Assembly: GCA_040755155.1 (NCBI GenBank)
Contig: JBFMBP010000153.1
Location: 106,010-170,009, forward strand
Length of the DNA: 64,000 nt
Origin: Candidatus Omnitrophota bacterium
Lineage (GTDB): Bacteria > Hinthialibacterota > Hinthialibacteria > Hinthialibacterales > Hinthialibacteraceae
Direction of reading: 5' to 3'
Shown: positions 50,035 through 59,356 of the stretch, piece after piece
Layout: each line of letters begins with the position of its first letter
How positions within the stretch are numbered: position 1 is the stretch's first letter
The notes under the pieces: model-generated
The model's database searches: none
What the model was told of the DNA's origin: nothing
Seen by the model: the letters and a program-made list of their open reading frames with translations, nothing else
Made by a program: the position numbers and the translations under genes

Positions 50035-50166
50035 GACGATCCGGCAAAAAGTATTGATGATGATATCGGGCGACAACCTATTGGGGGTGCAGGCATCTTG
50101 CCTGCGGGATATCTTGTGCAGGCAAGATGCCTGCACCCCCAAAAATTGACTTTTTGCCGCTTCAAC
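50035..50166. mobile_element. MITE-like structured repeat, copy 2 (variant with a long perfect central hairpin)
   Basis: Shares both ends with copy 1 (GACGATCCGGCAAAAAGTATTGATG ... ATTGACTTTTTGCCG). The centre forms GGGGGTGCAGGCATCTTGCCTGC / GCAGGCAAGATGCCTGCACCCCC. Confidence 0.7.
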
Positions 50167-50713
50167 AAGAATGGTAACCAGTTTACCCGATTGAAGAGAA
50201 ATCCTTGTTTTTAAGCCCTGAAAGGGCGAAATAAAATAGCCCAGGCCAACGGCCTGGGAACAGGATCGGCAAAGACCTAAGCTCTGAAAGGGCGAAATAA
50301 TAAATTCGTATTTCTTCTCTTCCTACGGCTAAATAGTTACCAAGAATCGAAGAGAATATTCTTTTCTTGCTGCGCGATCGAATTGCGAAACCACGAAAAG
50401 GCTCGAATTCCTCGAAATTATTGAATCACGGATATCGCGGATTCTTTTAAATTTCACGGAAAAAAGCAACTCACGGCGCGTTCCCATACGCCAAATTTTT
50501 TCTTTTTTCGTGTTTTTCTTTTTCGTTTCGTGTTTTCGTGATTCGAAACGGCAATTCTAATCGACTACTTAAACTTCTTAATCCCGCATTACATAAGTTA
50601 CTAGTCACTTGTCACTAATCACTGTTTTTAGGATAAACAACCCTGGATTCAAGACTATTTGACAAAAAAAATGTAATATTTCCTTCTCCGCAAGATAGTA
50701 AGATAGTAGAAAG

Positions 50714-50844
50714 GACGATCCGGCAAAAAGTATTGATGTTGCTGTCGAGTGACTACCTATTGGGGTGCAGGCATCTTGCCTGCAGTATATCTCGTGCAGG
50801 CTGGAAACCCGCACCACAAAAAATTGATTTTTTGCCGTTCCGTC
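50714..50844. mobile_element. MITE-like structured repeat, copy 3 (nearly identical to copy 1)
   Basis: Only a few mismatches relative to 33539-33669 over about 125 nt, including the terminal GACGATCCGGCAAAAA / TTTTTGCCGTTCCGTC. Confidence 0.7.
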
Positions 50845-51037
50845 AGAAAGGGAACCAGAAATCGTTGCGGTCGAATTCCCTTGTTTCCGCCTAACGGAGT
50901 GGGATAGTGAAAGAATGACAAAACCGTTCATGTTCAATAGACTTCGCCTCGGCGCTGCCGGAAAACCATGGTTATTCCGGCCTATCAACCGTCTATGACG
51001 AAGGAAACATAAAAACGGCGGCGAATGGAAGCAACAG

Positions 51038-51628
51038 GTGGATTCGATCGGCAAGCAGCAGCAACAGGAAATCGGATTAGGTTTTCAACGGGGAGAGCGC
51101 TGGGCGTTCGAGGCCGCTGCGCGTCTCTTTTTTTCCCCGGTGGTCCATTTCGTCAGTCATCTTCTGCGCGACCAGGAAAAAGCCGTCGATCTGACGCAGG
51201 AAGCATTCTTTCTGGCGTGCCGGGCGCATAGAAAATTCGACGCTAGCCGGTCGTTCTTGCCCTGGCTTTATCAGATCGCGCGCAATTTGGCCTATAAAGA
51301 ATACAATCGCCGCAAAAAAGAACCCGAAGTTTCCTGGGAAGACGCCGAAGAATTCGCTGCGGCGGCGTTGGAGGCGGACGGCGGCGATCCCAGAGCGGCG
51401 GCGATGGAAGAAGAAACAATGGAACGGATTCAACGGGCGGCCAGCCGCTTAAAACCGAAATACCGGGACGTCTTGATCCTAAGAATGATGCAAGGTTTGC
51501 CGGGCGAACAAGTCGCCGAGATGCTGAACATTCCCGTCGCTACCGTCAATACGAGATTGTTCCGGGCTTTGGAGCATTTGCGGCGCTTTTCCCAACAAGA
51601 AGGTCTCTCGGAAAACGAATTGTTTTAA
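51038..51628 (+). CDS. ECF-subfamily RNA polymerase sigma factor (second ECF module in window); GTG start
   Basis: Region 2 ..VDLTQEAFFLACRAHRKFDASRSFLPWLYQIARNLAYKEY and region 4 ..RDVLILRMMQGLPGEQVAEMLNIPVATVNTRLFRALEHLRR. 196 aa. Confidence 0.8.
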   Translation: MDSIGKQQQQEIGLGFQRGERWAFEAAARLFFSPVVHFVSHLLRDQEKAVDLTQEAFFLACRAHRKFDASRSFLPWLYQIARNLAYKEYNRRKKEPEVSWEDAEEFAAAALEADGGDPRAAAMEEETMERIQRAASRLKPKYRDVLILRMMQGLPGEQVAEMLNIPVATVNTRLFRALEHLRRFSQQEGLSENELF

Positions 51629-51652
51629 TAAACTTAATCTTCAGCAAGATAA

Positions 51653-52624
51653 GTGAGAATCGGCATGAAATGCGCCACCGTAAAAAAAGAATTGCTGGCT
51701 TGGGCGGTGGATCGTCCGGGCGAATCCCCCCCGGCCGTTTGCCGGGATCATATCGCCCAGTGCGGCAATTGCGCGAAAGAATGGACGCGGCTGCAGAAGT
51801 GGGCCATTCTGCTGCGATCGAAAGAGGAATGGACGCCGGAAGAAGGATTTTTCGAACGGCTGACCGCCAACGCCATGCGCGAGAAGAACCGGGCCGCCCT
51901 CACCGAATCCACCCGCCGCGACCTGTCGTTGGATTCTAGCGGCGGTTTATTCGCTTTTCTGCGAACTCCACTCCAGCGCCGATGGATTTTCGCTGGGGCG
52001 GTTTTCGCCATACTGCTTCCTCTTGCCTTCATCGCTTACGGCTCCTACGACGCGATCGGTCAGATCGATTACGCGGGCGGCTTGGTCTTCAATCAAACCG
52101 CCTTTTCGAAAGAAATCCGCAAAGAAGACGTCGTATCGCGCGGAACCGCCATCCAAACAGCGGCGGATGCGGAAAGCATCGTCCGTCTCAAGGGCGGTTC
52201 GGAAGTATTCGTCGATTCCCGCAGCCGGGTGGCTTTCGTCGATAACCGCACGGTTCGGCTGGAATTGGGTCGAGCTTATTTCGACGTTGCGCCCAACCGC
52301 AAACCGTTCGAGATAACGACTCCCAACGGCGCCATTGCCGTTCTAGGCACCGCATTCGCCGTGGATGTGAACGGGGATGAGACGGTGGTCACCGTAACGC
52401 GAGGAACCGTGCAGTTATCGAACAGCGCCGGTCTCGTCCGCATCGCGAAAGGCGGCGAAGGGATTGCGAATCAAAATAAGCAGCCCATCCTGCGGGAAGC
52501 GCAACGAATGAATCAGACCATCAAATGGATATCTTCGCTGCTTGAAAAACGCAACGAGGAAGATTTGCGCACGTATTACCCTTCCCTGGCGCCTCCGAGG
52601 CCGCGAATGAGGCAAGTCAAATGA
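51653..52624 (+). CDS. Anti-sigma factor with N-terminal zinc-finger-type anti-sigma domain, one TM helix and periplasmic FecR domain
   Basis: CRDHIAQCGNC (HxxxCxxC-type). TM WIFAGAVFAILLPLAFIAYG. FecR-like ..GSEVFVDSRSRVAFVDNRTVRLELGRAYFDVAPNRKPFEITTPNGAIAVLGTAFAV. Start is GTG at 51653 or ATG at 51665. Confidence 0.75.
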   Translation: MRIGMKCATVKKELLAWAVDRPGESPPAVCRDHIAQCGNCAKEWTRLQKWAILLRSKEEWTPEEGFFERLTANAMREKNRAALTESTRRDLSLDSSGGLFAFLRTPLQRRWIFAGAVFAILLPLAFIAYGSYDAIGQIDYAGGLVFNQTAFSKEIRKEDVVSRGTAIQTAADAESIVRLKGGSEVFVDSRSRVAFVDNRTVRLELGRAYFDVAPNRKPFEITTPNGAIAVLGTAFAVDVNGDETVVTVTRGTVQLSNSAGLVRIAKGGEGIANQNKQPILREAQRMNQTIKWISSLLEKRNEEDLRTYYPSLAPPRPRMRQVK

Positions 52625-53253
52625 AGAAAGACGGATTTACTCTGTTGGAATTGCTCGTCGTCGTGGGGATTATCGGAATCCTCGCCGCCATCGCCGTTCC
52701 CAATTACCGCGACGCCGTCACTAAGAGCCGCATCGTCCTCGTTCAAATGGATCTGCGAACGCTGGGAACCGCTCTGCACAGTTACCGTCTCGACCATAAT
52801 ATCTATCCCCGCAAGCAAAACAATTTGCTCTTCTTCGTCGAATTCCTCATTTCGGATTTAACAACGCCCGTCTCTTATTTGTCATCCGCCATAAAAAAAG
52901 ATCCTTTCGGGCCGGTAACGGAATTCGAAATAAAAGATACGTTCAATGGAGAAACCGTGGAATATGTGCGCGCCCCCACACTCGTCAAAAATTCGTATAC
53001 GTATACGCCCTATATGAGTTTCTCCGTCATCCTTAGCAATTCCGGTTTGCGCCGTGAAGGATTCGCCCTCACTAGCGTGGGGCCGGACCGGATGGATTCT
53101 TATATCGTGGATTATCCTTTTCCAGAATACTATCGTTATCCCGGCGACACGGTGCGCGATTCGGTCTACAATCCCAGCAATGGGATTATCAGCAGTGGAG
53201 ATATCGGCTTTTTCGGCGGCGATATTCCCGTCTCCGGCCTCATTGGCGGTTGA
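52621..53253 (+). CDS. Prepilin-type N-terminal cleavage/methylation domain protein, translationally coupled (ATGA) to the anti-sigma gene
   Basis: MKKDGFTLLELLVVVGIIGILAAIAVPNY. Start ATG at 52621 overlaps the anti-sigma stop at 52622-52624. Confidence 0.8.
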   Translation: MKKDGFTLLELLVVVGIIGILAAIAVPNYRDAVTKSRIVLVQMDLRTLGTALHSYRLDHNIYPRKQNNLLFFVEFLISDLTTPVSYLSSAIKKDPFGPVTEFEIKDTFNGETVEYVRAPTLVKNSYTYTPYMSFSVILSNSGLRREGFALTSVGPDRMDSYIVDYPFPEYYRYPGDTVRDSVYNPSNGIISSGDIGFFGGDIPVSGLIGG

Positions 53254-53398
53254 ACATCCCGCCATTAATACAGTACTAAATCCCTATCCTTCCTCGAATC
53301 TCTTTTTCCGTCCTCATCGTATAGACTCTTCCGCTTTTATCGCAGATAATCGTTCAATGATGCGGAGGAAATCTCTTAGTTCCCAATGAGGATCGATT

Positions 53399-56077
53399 AT
53401 GCTTTTCCCATTTCATTTCGTTTCATTCCTATGGTTCGCGATTCTATGGTTCGCTAATGCGGCATTCGCCGAATCCACTCCTCCGGTCAATCCGGCGCCG
53501 TCGCAAAACGGCGTTAAACTTTCGATTCCCGAGAACAACGAAAGCGCTGCAACCATCGGCGTATTCGATCGAACCGCCGATTGGGGAACGCCCGAATTTC
53601 CGCCGAAATTGGGGAAGAACAAGGTTTCGGGAAAAATCAACTTGGCAACATCCACCGATGGCCTCCTTTATGATATATACGGTAACGGAGACCACATTTA
53701 CGATAATTCCGATGAAGGTTTTTTCGCCTATGCGGAAAAAACCGGATCCTGGCGATTGGAAAGCCGGATCGAACTCATGGAGATGGGAGGCGGCAACAAT
53801 TACGCTCACTCCGGACTCATGATCCGGGAAAAAGGAGGAAGCGCCCAATCGAAGTTATATTCTCTATTTCTAGTCTGGAATTATATCAATAAAAATTTTA
53901 TGCTTTTGGCCGCCTGGCGAAGCAAAGAAGGCGCCGCCATTCAAGCCGCCGCCGTTCAGGAATTCGATCCCCAAGAGAAAAGTTTTTATCTTCGCGTCTC
54001 GCGCTGCGCCTCGAAAAACATATTCTATTCCGAGTGGTCGTCCGGCAACGCCATTTGGAATGCGGCACATTTTTTTTCGATGGAAATGGCGGAGAACGCC
54101 GCCTACGGCGCGGCTGTTTGCAATCAAATCGATAACGAATTGCTGGCTCGCGCCCGCCTTTCCCGCGTATCTCTGGAATACGCCGAGCCTTTTGCTGTTC
54201 GTTTCTTATCCACGAATGGCTACGCTTCCGATATTACCGTCTTTCTGGAAATCTCGAATCCCCGCGACGCCACGGCTGTGGTAAACGTCAATGAGTATCT
54301 TCCCATCGATTGGACGGTGGATTCCATCAGCGGCGGGGGAATTGAATTCGATGGATTCATCCGTTGGATTTTCCCGGCGCCGCCAGGGTCCACATATTTA
54401 ACCTATTTGGCCCATCCTTCCGCCAACGACAATGGGCAAACCGAATTTCGCGGAGAGATCGGCTCCAGACCGATATTCGGCCAGAACCGGACGATCTTTC
54501 GCAAAATCCGCATGGACGCTTTGCGTCTGGCGATCTTTTCGGGTACTCCTCTGCTTTTATTTCTCATTCATATCTGTCTCTTTTGGTTTTATCCCAAGTC
54601 GATCGAAAACCTCTTTTACTCTTTGTTTCTTGTTTTCGCGGCGCTTACCCACTACGAACTTTATTGCACGGCTCATTTGCCGGGAGGCTTGGCCTATTCG
54701 GACAAATTTTACCTCTTTCTCTACACGCAATTCGGCATGTTGATCCTCTTTTTTCACAAAACGATTTACGTGAAGTTAACCAAGTATTTTTGGTGCATCT
54801 TTACTCCCTTTGTTTTGGCGTTTCTTTACATGACGTTGGTTAGCAACGTTACGCAATCCAATTATTTTTTCTTTCGCGGACTATCCTATCTGTATTACTT
54901 CGAAATCCTGCGCATCGTTTTCGCCGCTCATAAAAGACGCGCCGATGGAGCCGCGCTCCTTTCCTTCGGCATTATCGCTTACGCTTCGCTCAATCTCTGG
55001 CTCTCCCTCGTCAATTATTGGGGACGCCCCAATTTCACGCTTCCCCACCAGGGCAGCATCGCCAACCTGCTTTTTCTCCTCTCTATGTCCGTCTATCTCG
55101 CCTACCGATACGCGAAAACCAGCAAGGACCTTGCCGCTCTGACCGCTGAATTGGAAAATCGCGTGGAACAACGCACGGCGGAACTCAAAGCCGCTCAAAA
55201 TCATTTGATTCAATCGGAAAAAATGGCGTCGCTAGGCCATTTGGTCGCCGGCATCGCTCATGAAATCAACAATCCCATTAATTTCATCAAAAGCAATATC
55301 TTTCCCCTCAAAAATTATCTAACCGGTTATAAACAAACCATCGGCGTCGTCTCCAACATCAAAGACCAATTGCCGGACGATGTCCGAACGCAATTCGAAA
55401 CCGCCGTCAAAACCAACGACCTGGAATTTGTGGAAGAAGACATCGAGAATCTGCTGCACTCCTTCGAAGAAGGCTCGAACCGCATCGTGAAAATCGTCGC
55501 CGATCTTCGTCAATACATCCGAACGGATAAACGCTTCCATTCGGTATACGATCTCCGAAGCGCCCTAGAGACCTCTTTGAGTTTGTTGCAAAACCAATAT
55601 AAAGGCCGCATCGCCATTCATTCGGATTTCGGCGGCGACGTCAAACTCTTCTGCTCGCCCGGCCAGATCGACCAGGTTATGATGAATGTTTTGAAAAACG
55701 CTATCGAAGCCATTCCGGGCGAAGGAAACATTTGGATCGACGTCAGCCAAGACGATCGGAAAGCGATCGTCAAAATCCGGGACGATGGCAGAGGCATTCC
55801 GCCGGAAAACCTGAATCGAATCTTCGATCCGTTTTTCACGACCAAACCGATCGGCTCAGGCACGGGTCTTGGCCTCTCCCTCGCTTATAACCTGATAGAA
55901 CAACATGGAGGAGAAATCTTTGTGGAAAGCGAACCAGGTCGTGGCGCAACCTTCACGATCATGCTTCCTATTCAACAAGAAATTGAGGAGGATGCCTCCC
56001 CGCCGAGCGAAATAAATGATATGATAATCCACGATTCCGACGTGAAAAGAGGGGAGAAATTCAATGAATTCCAATGA
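53399..56077 (+). CDS. Sensor histidine kinase with large periplasmic N-terminal domain and 7-TM region (7TMR-DISM-like), HisKA and HATPase_c domains
   Basis: Signal peptide, about 330-aa extracytoplasmic domain, seven hydrophobic helices. H-box [20 protein letters not shown]1/G2 boxes ..[46 protein letters not shown]. No adjacent response regulator. Confidence 0.85.
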   Translation: MLFPFHFVSFLWFAILWFANAAFAESTPPVNPAPSQNGVKLSIPENNESAATIGVFDRTADWGTPEFPPKLGKNKVSGKINLATSTDGLLYDIYGNGDHIYDNSDEGFFAYAEKTGSWRLESRIELMEMGGGNNYAHSGLMIREKGGSAQSKLYSLFLVWNYINKNFMLLAAWRSKEGAAIQAAAVQEFDPQEKSFYLRVSRCASKNIFYSEWSSGNAIWNAAHFFSMEMAENAAYGAAVCNQIDNELLARARLSRVSLEYAEPFAVRFLSTNGYASDITVFLEISNPRDATAVVNVNEYLPIDWTVDSISGGGIEFDGFIRWIFPAPPGSTYLTYLAHPSANDNGQTEFRGEIGSRPIFGQNRTIFRKIRMDALRLAIFSGTPLLLFLIHICLFWFYPKSIENLFYSLFLVFAALTHYELYCTAHLPGGLAYSDKFYLFLYTQFGMLILFFHKTIYVKLTKYFWCIFTPFVLAFLYMTLVSNVTQSNYFFFRGLSYLYYFEILRIVFAAHKRRADGAALLSFGIIAYASLNLWLSLVNYWGRPNFTLPHQGSIANLLFLLSMSVYLAYRYAKTSKDLAALTAELENRVEQRTAELKAAQNHLIQSEKMASLGHLVAGIAHEINNPINFIKSNIFPLKNYLTGYKQTIGVVSNIKDQLPDDVRTQFETAVKTNDLEFVEEDIENLLHSFEEGSNRIVKIVADLRQYIRTDKRFHSVYDLRSALETSLSLLQNQYKGRIAIHSDFGGDVKLFCSPGQIDQVMMNVLKNAIEAIPGEGNIWIDVSQDDRKAIVKIRDDGRGIPPENLNRIFDPFFTTKPIGSGTGLGLSLAYNLIEQHGGEIFVESEPGRGATFTIMLPIQQEIEEDASPPSEINDMIIHDSDVKRGEKFNEFQ

Positions 56078-56474
56078 TATCCGATCCCAAGCCATGAGCG
56101 TATTGAAAGCGAAATCCATTTTTTATATGGCTACAGTGGACAACGGTTCTCCCAGAGTCCGGCCCATGACCCTTCTTTGCGCCGATGGATTCAGGATTTG
56201 GACTGCCTCCCATAAAGAAACCGCCAAAATGAAAGAGATCGCCCAACACAACGAGACGGAAGCCTGTTTTCTCGACGAAAAAAACCGCCAAGTGCGCATT
56301 CTGGGAACGGTGAAGGTCTACGAAGACGAGAAAACATGGGCCAACCTGCCCTGCCCCCCAGAAGGAATACCCCAAATCGAAGATCCCAATTACGTCCTGC
56401 TCTTGATCGAACCCAAACTCGTCCGTTTCGTCAACGACTGGAGCATGGATTATAAAATCATCCCGATCGAATAA
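56064..56474 (+). CDS. Pyridoxamine 5'-phosphate oxidase-like FMN-binding split-barrel protein (general stress protein 26-like)
   Basis: ..AMSVLKAKSIFYMATVDNGSPRVRPMTLLCADGFRIWTASHKETAKMKEIAQHNETEACFLDEKNRQVRILG matches the PNPOx-like fold. 136 aa. The start may be an internal Met. Confidence 0.7.
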   Translation: MNSNDIRSQAMSVLKAKSIFYMATVDNGSPRVRPMTLLCADGFRIWTASHKETAKMKEIAQHNETEACFLDEKNRQVRILGTVKVYEDEKTWANLPCPPEGIPQIEDPNYVLLLIEPKLVRFVNDWSMDYKIIPIE

Positions 56475-56569
56475 CCGGCGGCCGTCCCAGTCAGAAAAAA
56501 CGCGCCGATTAGAAGCCTCCCATCCCCAGACGAATGGAGGACTGCGCTTCGTTTCGATCCAACGCAGCA

Positions 56570-56673
56570 GACATTCCGAATATCCATCGATGTGAAATAA
56601 TTCGGAACTTGATATTCCGATAGATGAAATATCGGAAATATATATTCCGTTTTCTCTTTCATCGAATATCCCC
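56570..56673 (+). promoter_or_regulatory. Array of 5-6 ATATTCCGA / TCGGAATAT half-sites (candidate transcription-factor operator cluster)
   Basis: ATTCCGAATATCC (56572-), ATATTCCGATAG (56613-), ATATCGGAAATATATATTCCG (56629-56650) and CATCGAATATCC (56660-) lie within 105 bp, upstream of the small-ORF/kamA operon. Confidence 0.4.
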
Positions 56674-56966
56674 ATATCGTCCATTCATAAAAAGACCTAT
56701 TTTTACGGGGATTTTTTTGCAACCGCGATTCAGCGTAAACCACTCCACCCCAAAATTATCCATACTGTAACTTCAATCGATGTAATTGCGATCTCATTTC
56801 GCTAAAAAAATCGGCGCCTTGAGTTCCGATTAAAATAGATTGGTAATTCATTACCCCTAAAAAATCAAATAGATATGAAATTGGAATAATTATTGTAATA
56901 TGAATGACGTTAATTAAAGATTCAAGTGAATGGCGTTCGACAAGGGTATGAGAATCGAGCAATTCT

Positions 56967-57227
56967 ATGCCAAAAACGGAATCGAAAAAACAAGCCGTTC
57001 TCACCGGAGTCGTAACGGCGGCGGAGTGGGATGAAAACGGCAACGTTGTAGGAGTGATTTTAGCCACGGAAGACGAATCCGAGTATAGAATTGCCAACAG
57101 TCCCCAAGGTAAGAAACTTTTCAACCTATTACAGCATCAAATCAGAGCCACAGGCATTGTCGGCGAAGACAAATCGGGAAAGAAAACCTTATTGGTCTCG
57201 CAATTTCAAGTACTTCAACAATGGTAA
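56967..57227 (+). CDS. Small hypothetical protein (86 aa), first ORF of the kamA-containing gene string
   Basis: ORF with AT-rich upstream region. No recognisable domain (..TGVVTAAEWDENGNVVGVILATEDESEYRIANSPQGKKLF..). Confidence 0.4.
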   Translation: MPKTESKKQAVLTGVVTAAEWDENGNVVGVILATEDESEYRIANSPQGKKLFNLLQHQIRATGIVGEDKSGKKTLLVSQFQVLQQW

Positions 57228-57342
57228 ATGCAAGAAATATTTGTTCCCAAGCGTTATCGATCAAATCTTTATTCGTAAGTTGTTTCTTATAGAAGGAATA
57301 AAAAAACCAATCAAAATTTCAAAGGAGGAACAGATAAGACTG

Positions 57343-58686
57343 ATGAGCCATCTCACAATTCTGACCGAGCAGGAAGACAAACCTCCCAGCGAGGATCCTT
57401 ACCCTAATGATCGGATTCGTCCAGCGACGAATGAAAATCTTCCCAGCCGTTTGGCCGCTTCTCGCGCCCTATTTATCTCCCCAACCAACGGAACTGCCAA
57501 GGAAATCCTCAAAAAACCCTCTCTTCCTTCCCAGAGAAAAAGAGAAAGCCGGAAATTCCGCCTCTCTCCCCAAACGCGCGCTTTCCGCTTGAGGCAATTC
57601 CCCAACGCCAGCGACGACGAATGGAACGATTGGCATTGGCAGTTGCGCAGCCGCATCCGCGACATCGTAACGCTATCGCGCATTATCGAACTGACCGATG
57701 ACGAGCGTAACGCCATTGAAAGACATCGAGGATCGCTGCCGGTGGGCATAACGCCTTATTACGCCAGCCTGTTGGACCCCTGCGACAGCGCCCAACCGAT
57801 CCGGCGTACGGTCGTTCCCGTTTCGAACGAATATCTTCATGCTCCGGGCGAAGCGGACGATCCTTTAAACGAGGATGATGATACGCCGGTTCCCGGATTG
57901 GTCCACCGCTATCCGGATCGCGTTCTCTTCCTGGTTAGCGGCTTCTGCTCCACCTATTGCCGCTACTGCACCCGGTCCCGCATGGTGGGCAGCCAAGGCG
58001 AATACCGCTTCGACCGGAATCAGTGGGAAAAGGCTCTTCAGTACATCGAATCGACTCCCGCCGTACGCGACGTTTTGTTGTCGGGCGGCGATCCACTGAC
58101 GTTGACCGACGATTCGCTGGAATGGCTGTTGCAGCGGCTGCGCCGTATTCCGCACGTCGAAATGATCCGCATCGGGGCCAAAGTCCCCGCCGTGCTTCCC
58201 CAACGCATCACGCCCGCCTTGACGCGTATGTTGAAGCGCTATCATCCATTGTGGATGAGTCTTCATTTCGCCCATCCGGACGAATTGACGCCCGAAACCG
58301 CCCAGGCTTGCGAACGCCTGGCCGATGCGGGCATCCCCTTGGGCAGCCAGACGGTTCTTATGGCGGGCGTAAACGACAATGTGGAAACGATGATGCGCTT
58401 GATGCAAGGCTTGTTGAAAATCCGCGTCAAGCCCTATTACCTCTATCAATGCGATCCCATTACCGGTTCCGCCCATTTTCGGACGCCGGTGCAAAAGGGA
58501 TTGGAAATCATTCAGGGATTGAGGGGACATACGACGGGCTACGCCGTGCCTCATTACGTCATCGACGCTCCCGGCGGCGGCGGCAAAATCCCCTTGCTGC
58601 CCGAAACCATCGTGGGTCGCGATGGAAACGACTTATTGTTGAAAAATTACGAAGGAAAAATTTTCCGCTATCCGGACCCGGTATGA
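57343..58686 (+). CDS. kamA: Lysine 2,3-aminomutase (KamA/AblA family radical SAM enzyme)
   Basis: Collinear with Clostridium KamA: ..DEWNDWHWQLRSRI.., ..TPYYASLLDP.., radical SAM CSTYCRYCTRS, ..LSGGDPL.., ..YYLYQCDPITGSAHFRTPVQKGLEIIQGLRGHTTGYAVPHYVIDAPGGGGKIP. Both lysine-binding Asp positions are conserved (GVNDN, QCDP). Start trimmed to the ATG at 57343 (AAAGGAGG 14 nt upstream). The upstream 57091 start is rejected. Confidence 0.85.
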   Translation: MSHLTILTEQEDKPPSEDPYPNDRIRPATNENLPSRLAASRALFISPTNGTAKEILKKPSLPSQRKRESRKFRLSPQTRAFRLRQFPNASDDEWNDWHWQLRSRIRDIVTLSRIIELTDDERNAIERHRGSLPVGITPYYASLLDPCDSAQPIRRTVVPVSNEYLHAPGEADDPLNEDDDTPVPGLVHRYPDRVLFLVSGFCSTYCRYCTRSRMVGSQGEYRFDRNQWEKALQYIESTPAVRDVLLSGGDPLTLTDDSLEWLLQRLRRIPHVEMIRIGAKVPAVLPQRITPALTRMLKRYHPLWMSLHFAHPDELTPETAQACERLADAGIPLGSQTVLMAGVNDNVETMMRLMQGLLKIRVKPYYLYQCDPITGSAHFRTPVQKGLEIIQGLRGHTTGYAVPHYVIDAPGGGGKIPLLPETIVGRDGNDLLLKNYEGKIFRYPDPV

Positions 58687-58846
58687 ATCGATGCCAATTA
58701 TAATTGCTCCTAATTAATTCCTTCTCCCTTTGGGAGAAGGCTAGGATGAGGGGAAATCCTCGCCTCACCTCTTCTAATTTTGTAAAGAGAAATTTAAATA
58801 GCGGCAAATTGGCGATTGACGCCGGGAAAACGAAACGAGGCTTTGT

Positions 58847-59356
58847 ATGAGTCTATGCGCTCAATGCGCTCGAGTTCAACGTACTTGTTGTCAATATACG
58901 GATGTTTTGGTTACGGATGGAGATATCCTTCGCATAAGAGAGTATACGGACCAGCCGGATTTCTACGAAAACAGAATTCCAGTCGATCCATCTTATCTCG
59001 ATCAAAACGACGATCCCAACTGGAATGCTTACACTGTTCTTCCAGACAAATCGCGCCGGGTGCTGAAACAACAAGAAAATCGCGATTGTATCTTTTTAAC
59101 CGAACAAGGATGCGTTCTTCCTCTCGAAGCGCGTCCTTTGGTGTGCCGGTTGTATCCAATTTACTTCACGGAATCGGGACTCGACGGCCTCGCCGAGGGG
59201 TGTCCTCCCCAACTTCAGACGCCGGGCAAGCCGTTGCTTGACGCCGTAGGCGTCGATATTGTCAGCGCCGAGCGTTGGCGCCATCTGTTATATCATGAAT
59301 TACGGACAGGGAGCGTTCTCTATGAAAATCGGCATTACTTACGACCTGCGGGATGA
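58847..59356 (+). CDS. YkgJ/UPF0153-family cysteine-cluster (putative Fe/Zn-binding) protein
   Basis: N-terminal CAQCARVQRTCC and later CIFLTEQGC and CRLYPIYF match the YkgJ-type Cys-cluster family. 169 aa. Confidence 0.55.
   Translation: MSLCAQCARVQRTCCQYTDVLVTDGDILRIREYTDQPDFYENRIPVDPSYLDQNDDPNWNAYTVLPDKSRRVLKQQENRDCIFLTEQGCVLPLEARPLVCRLYPIYFTESGLDGLAEGCPPQLQTPGKPLLDAVGVDIVSAERWRHLLYHELRTGSVLYENRHYLRPAG

Noticed and set aside
57091-57342. Upstream 84-codon extension of kamA
   Set aside because: It overlaps the preceding small ORF. KamA homology starts about 100 aa downstream, and the ATG at 57343 with AAAGGAGG fits better.
57865-58703. ORFs 57865-58554 (-) and 57957-58703 (+) overlapping kamA
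   Set aside because: The kamA frame aligns collinearly with characterised lysine 2,3-aminomutases. The overlapping frames are Arg/Gly-rich.
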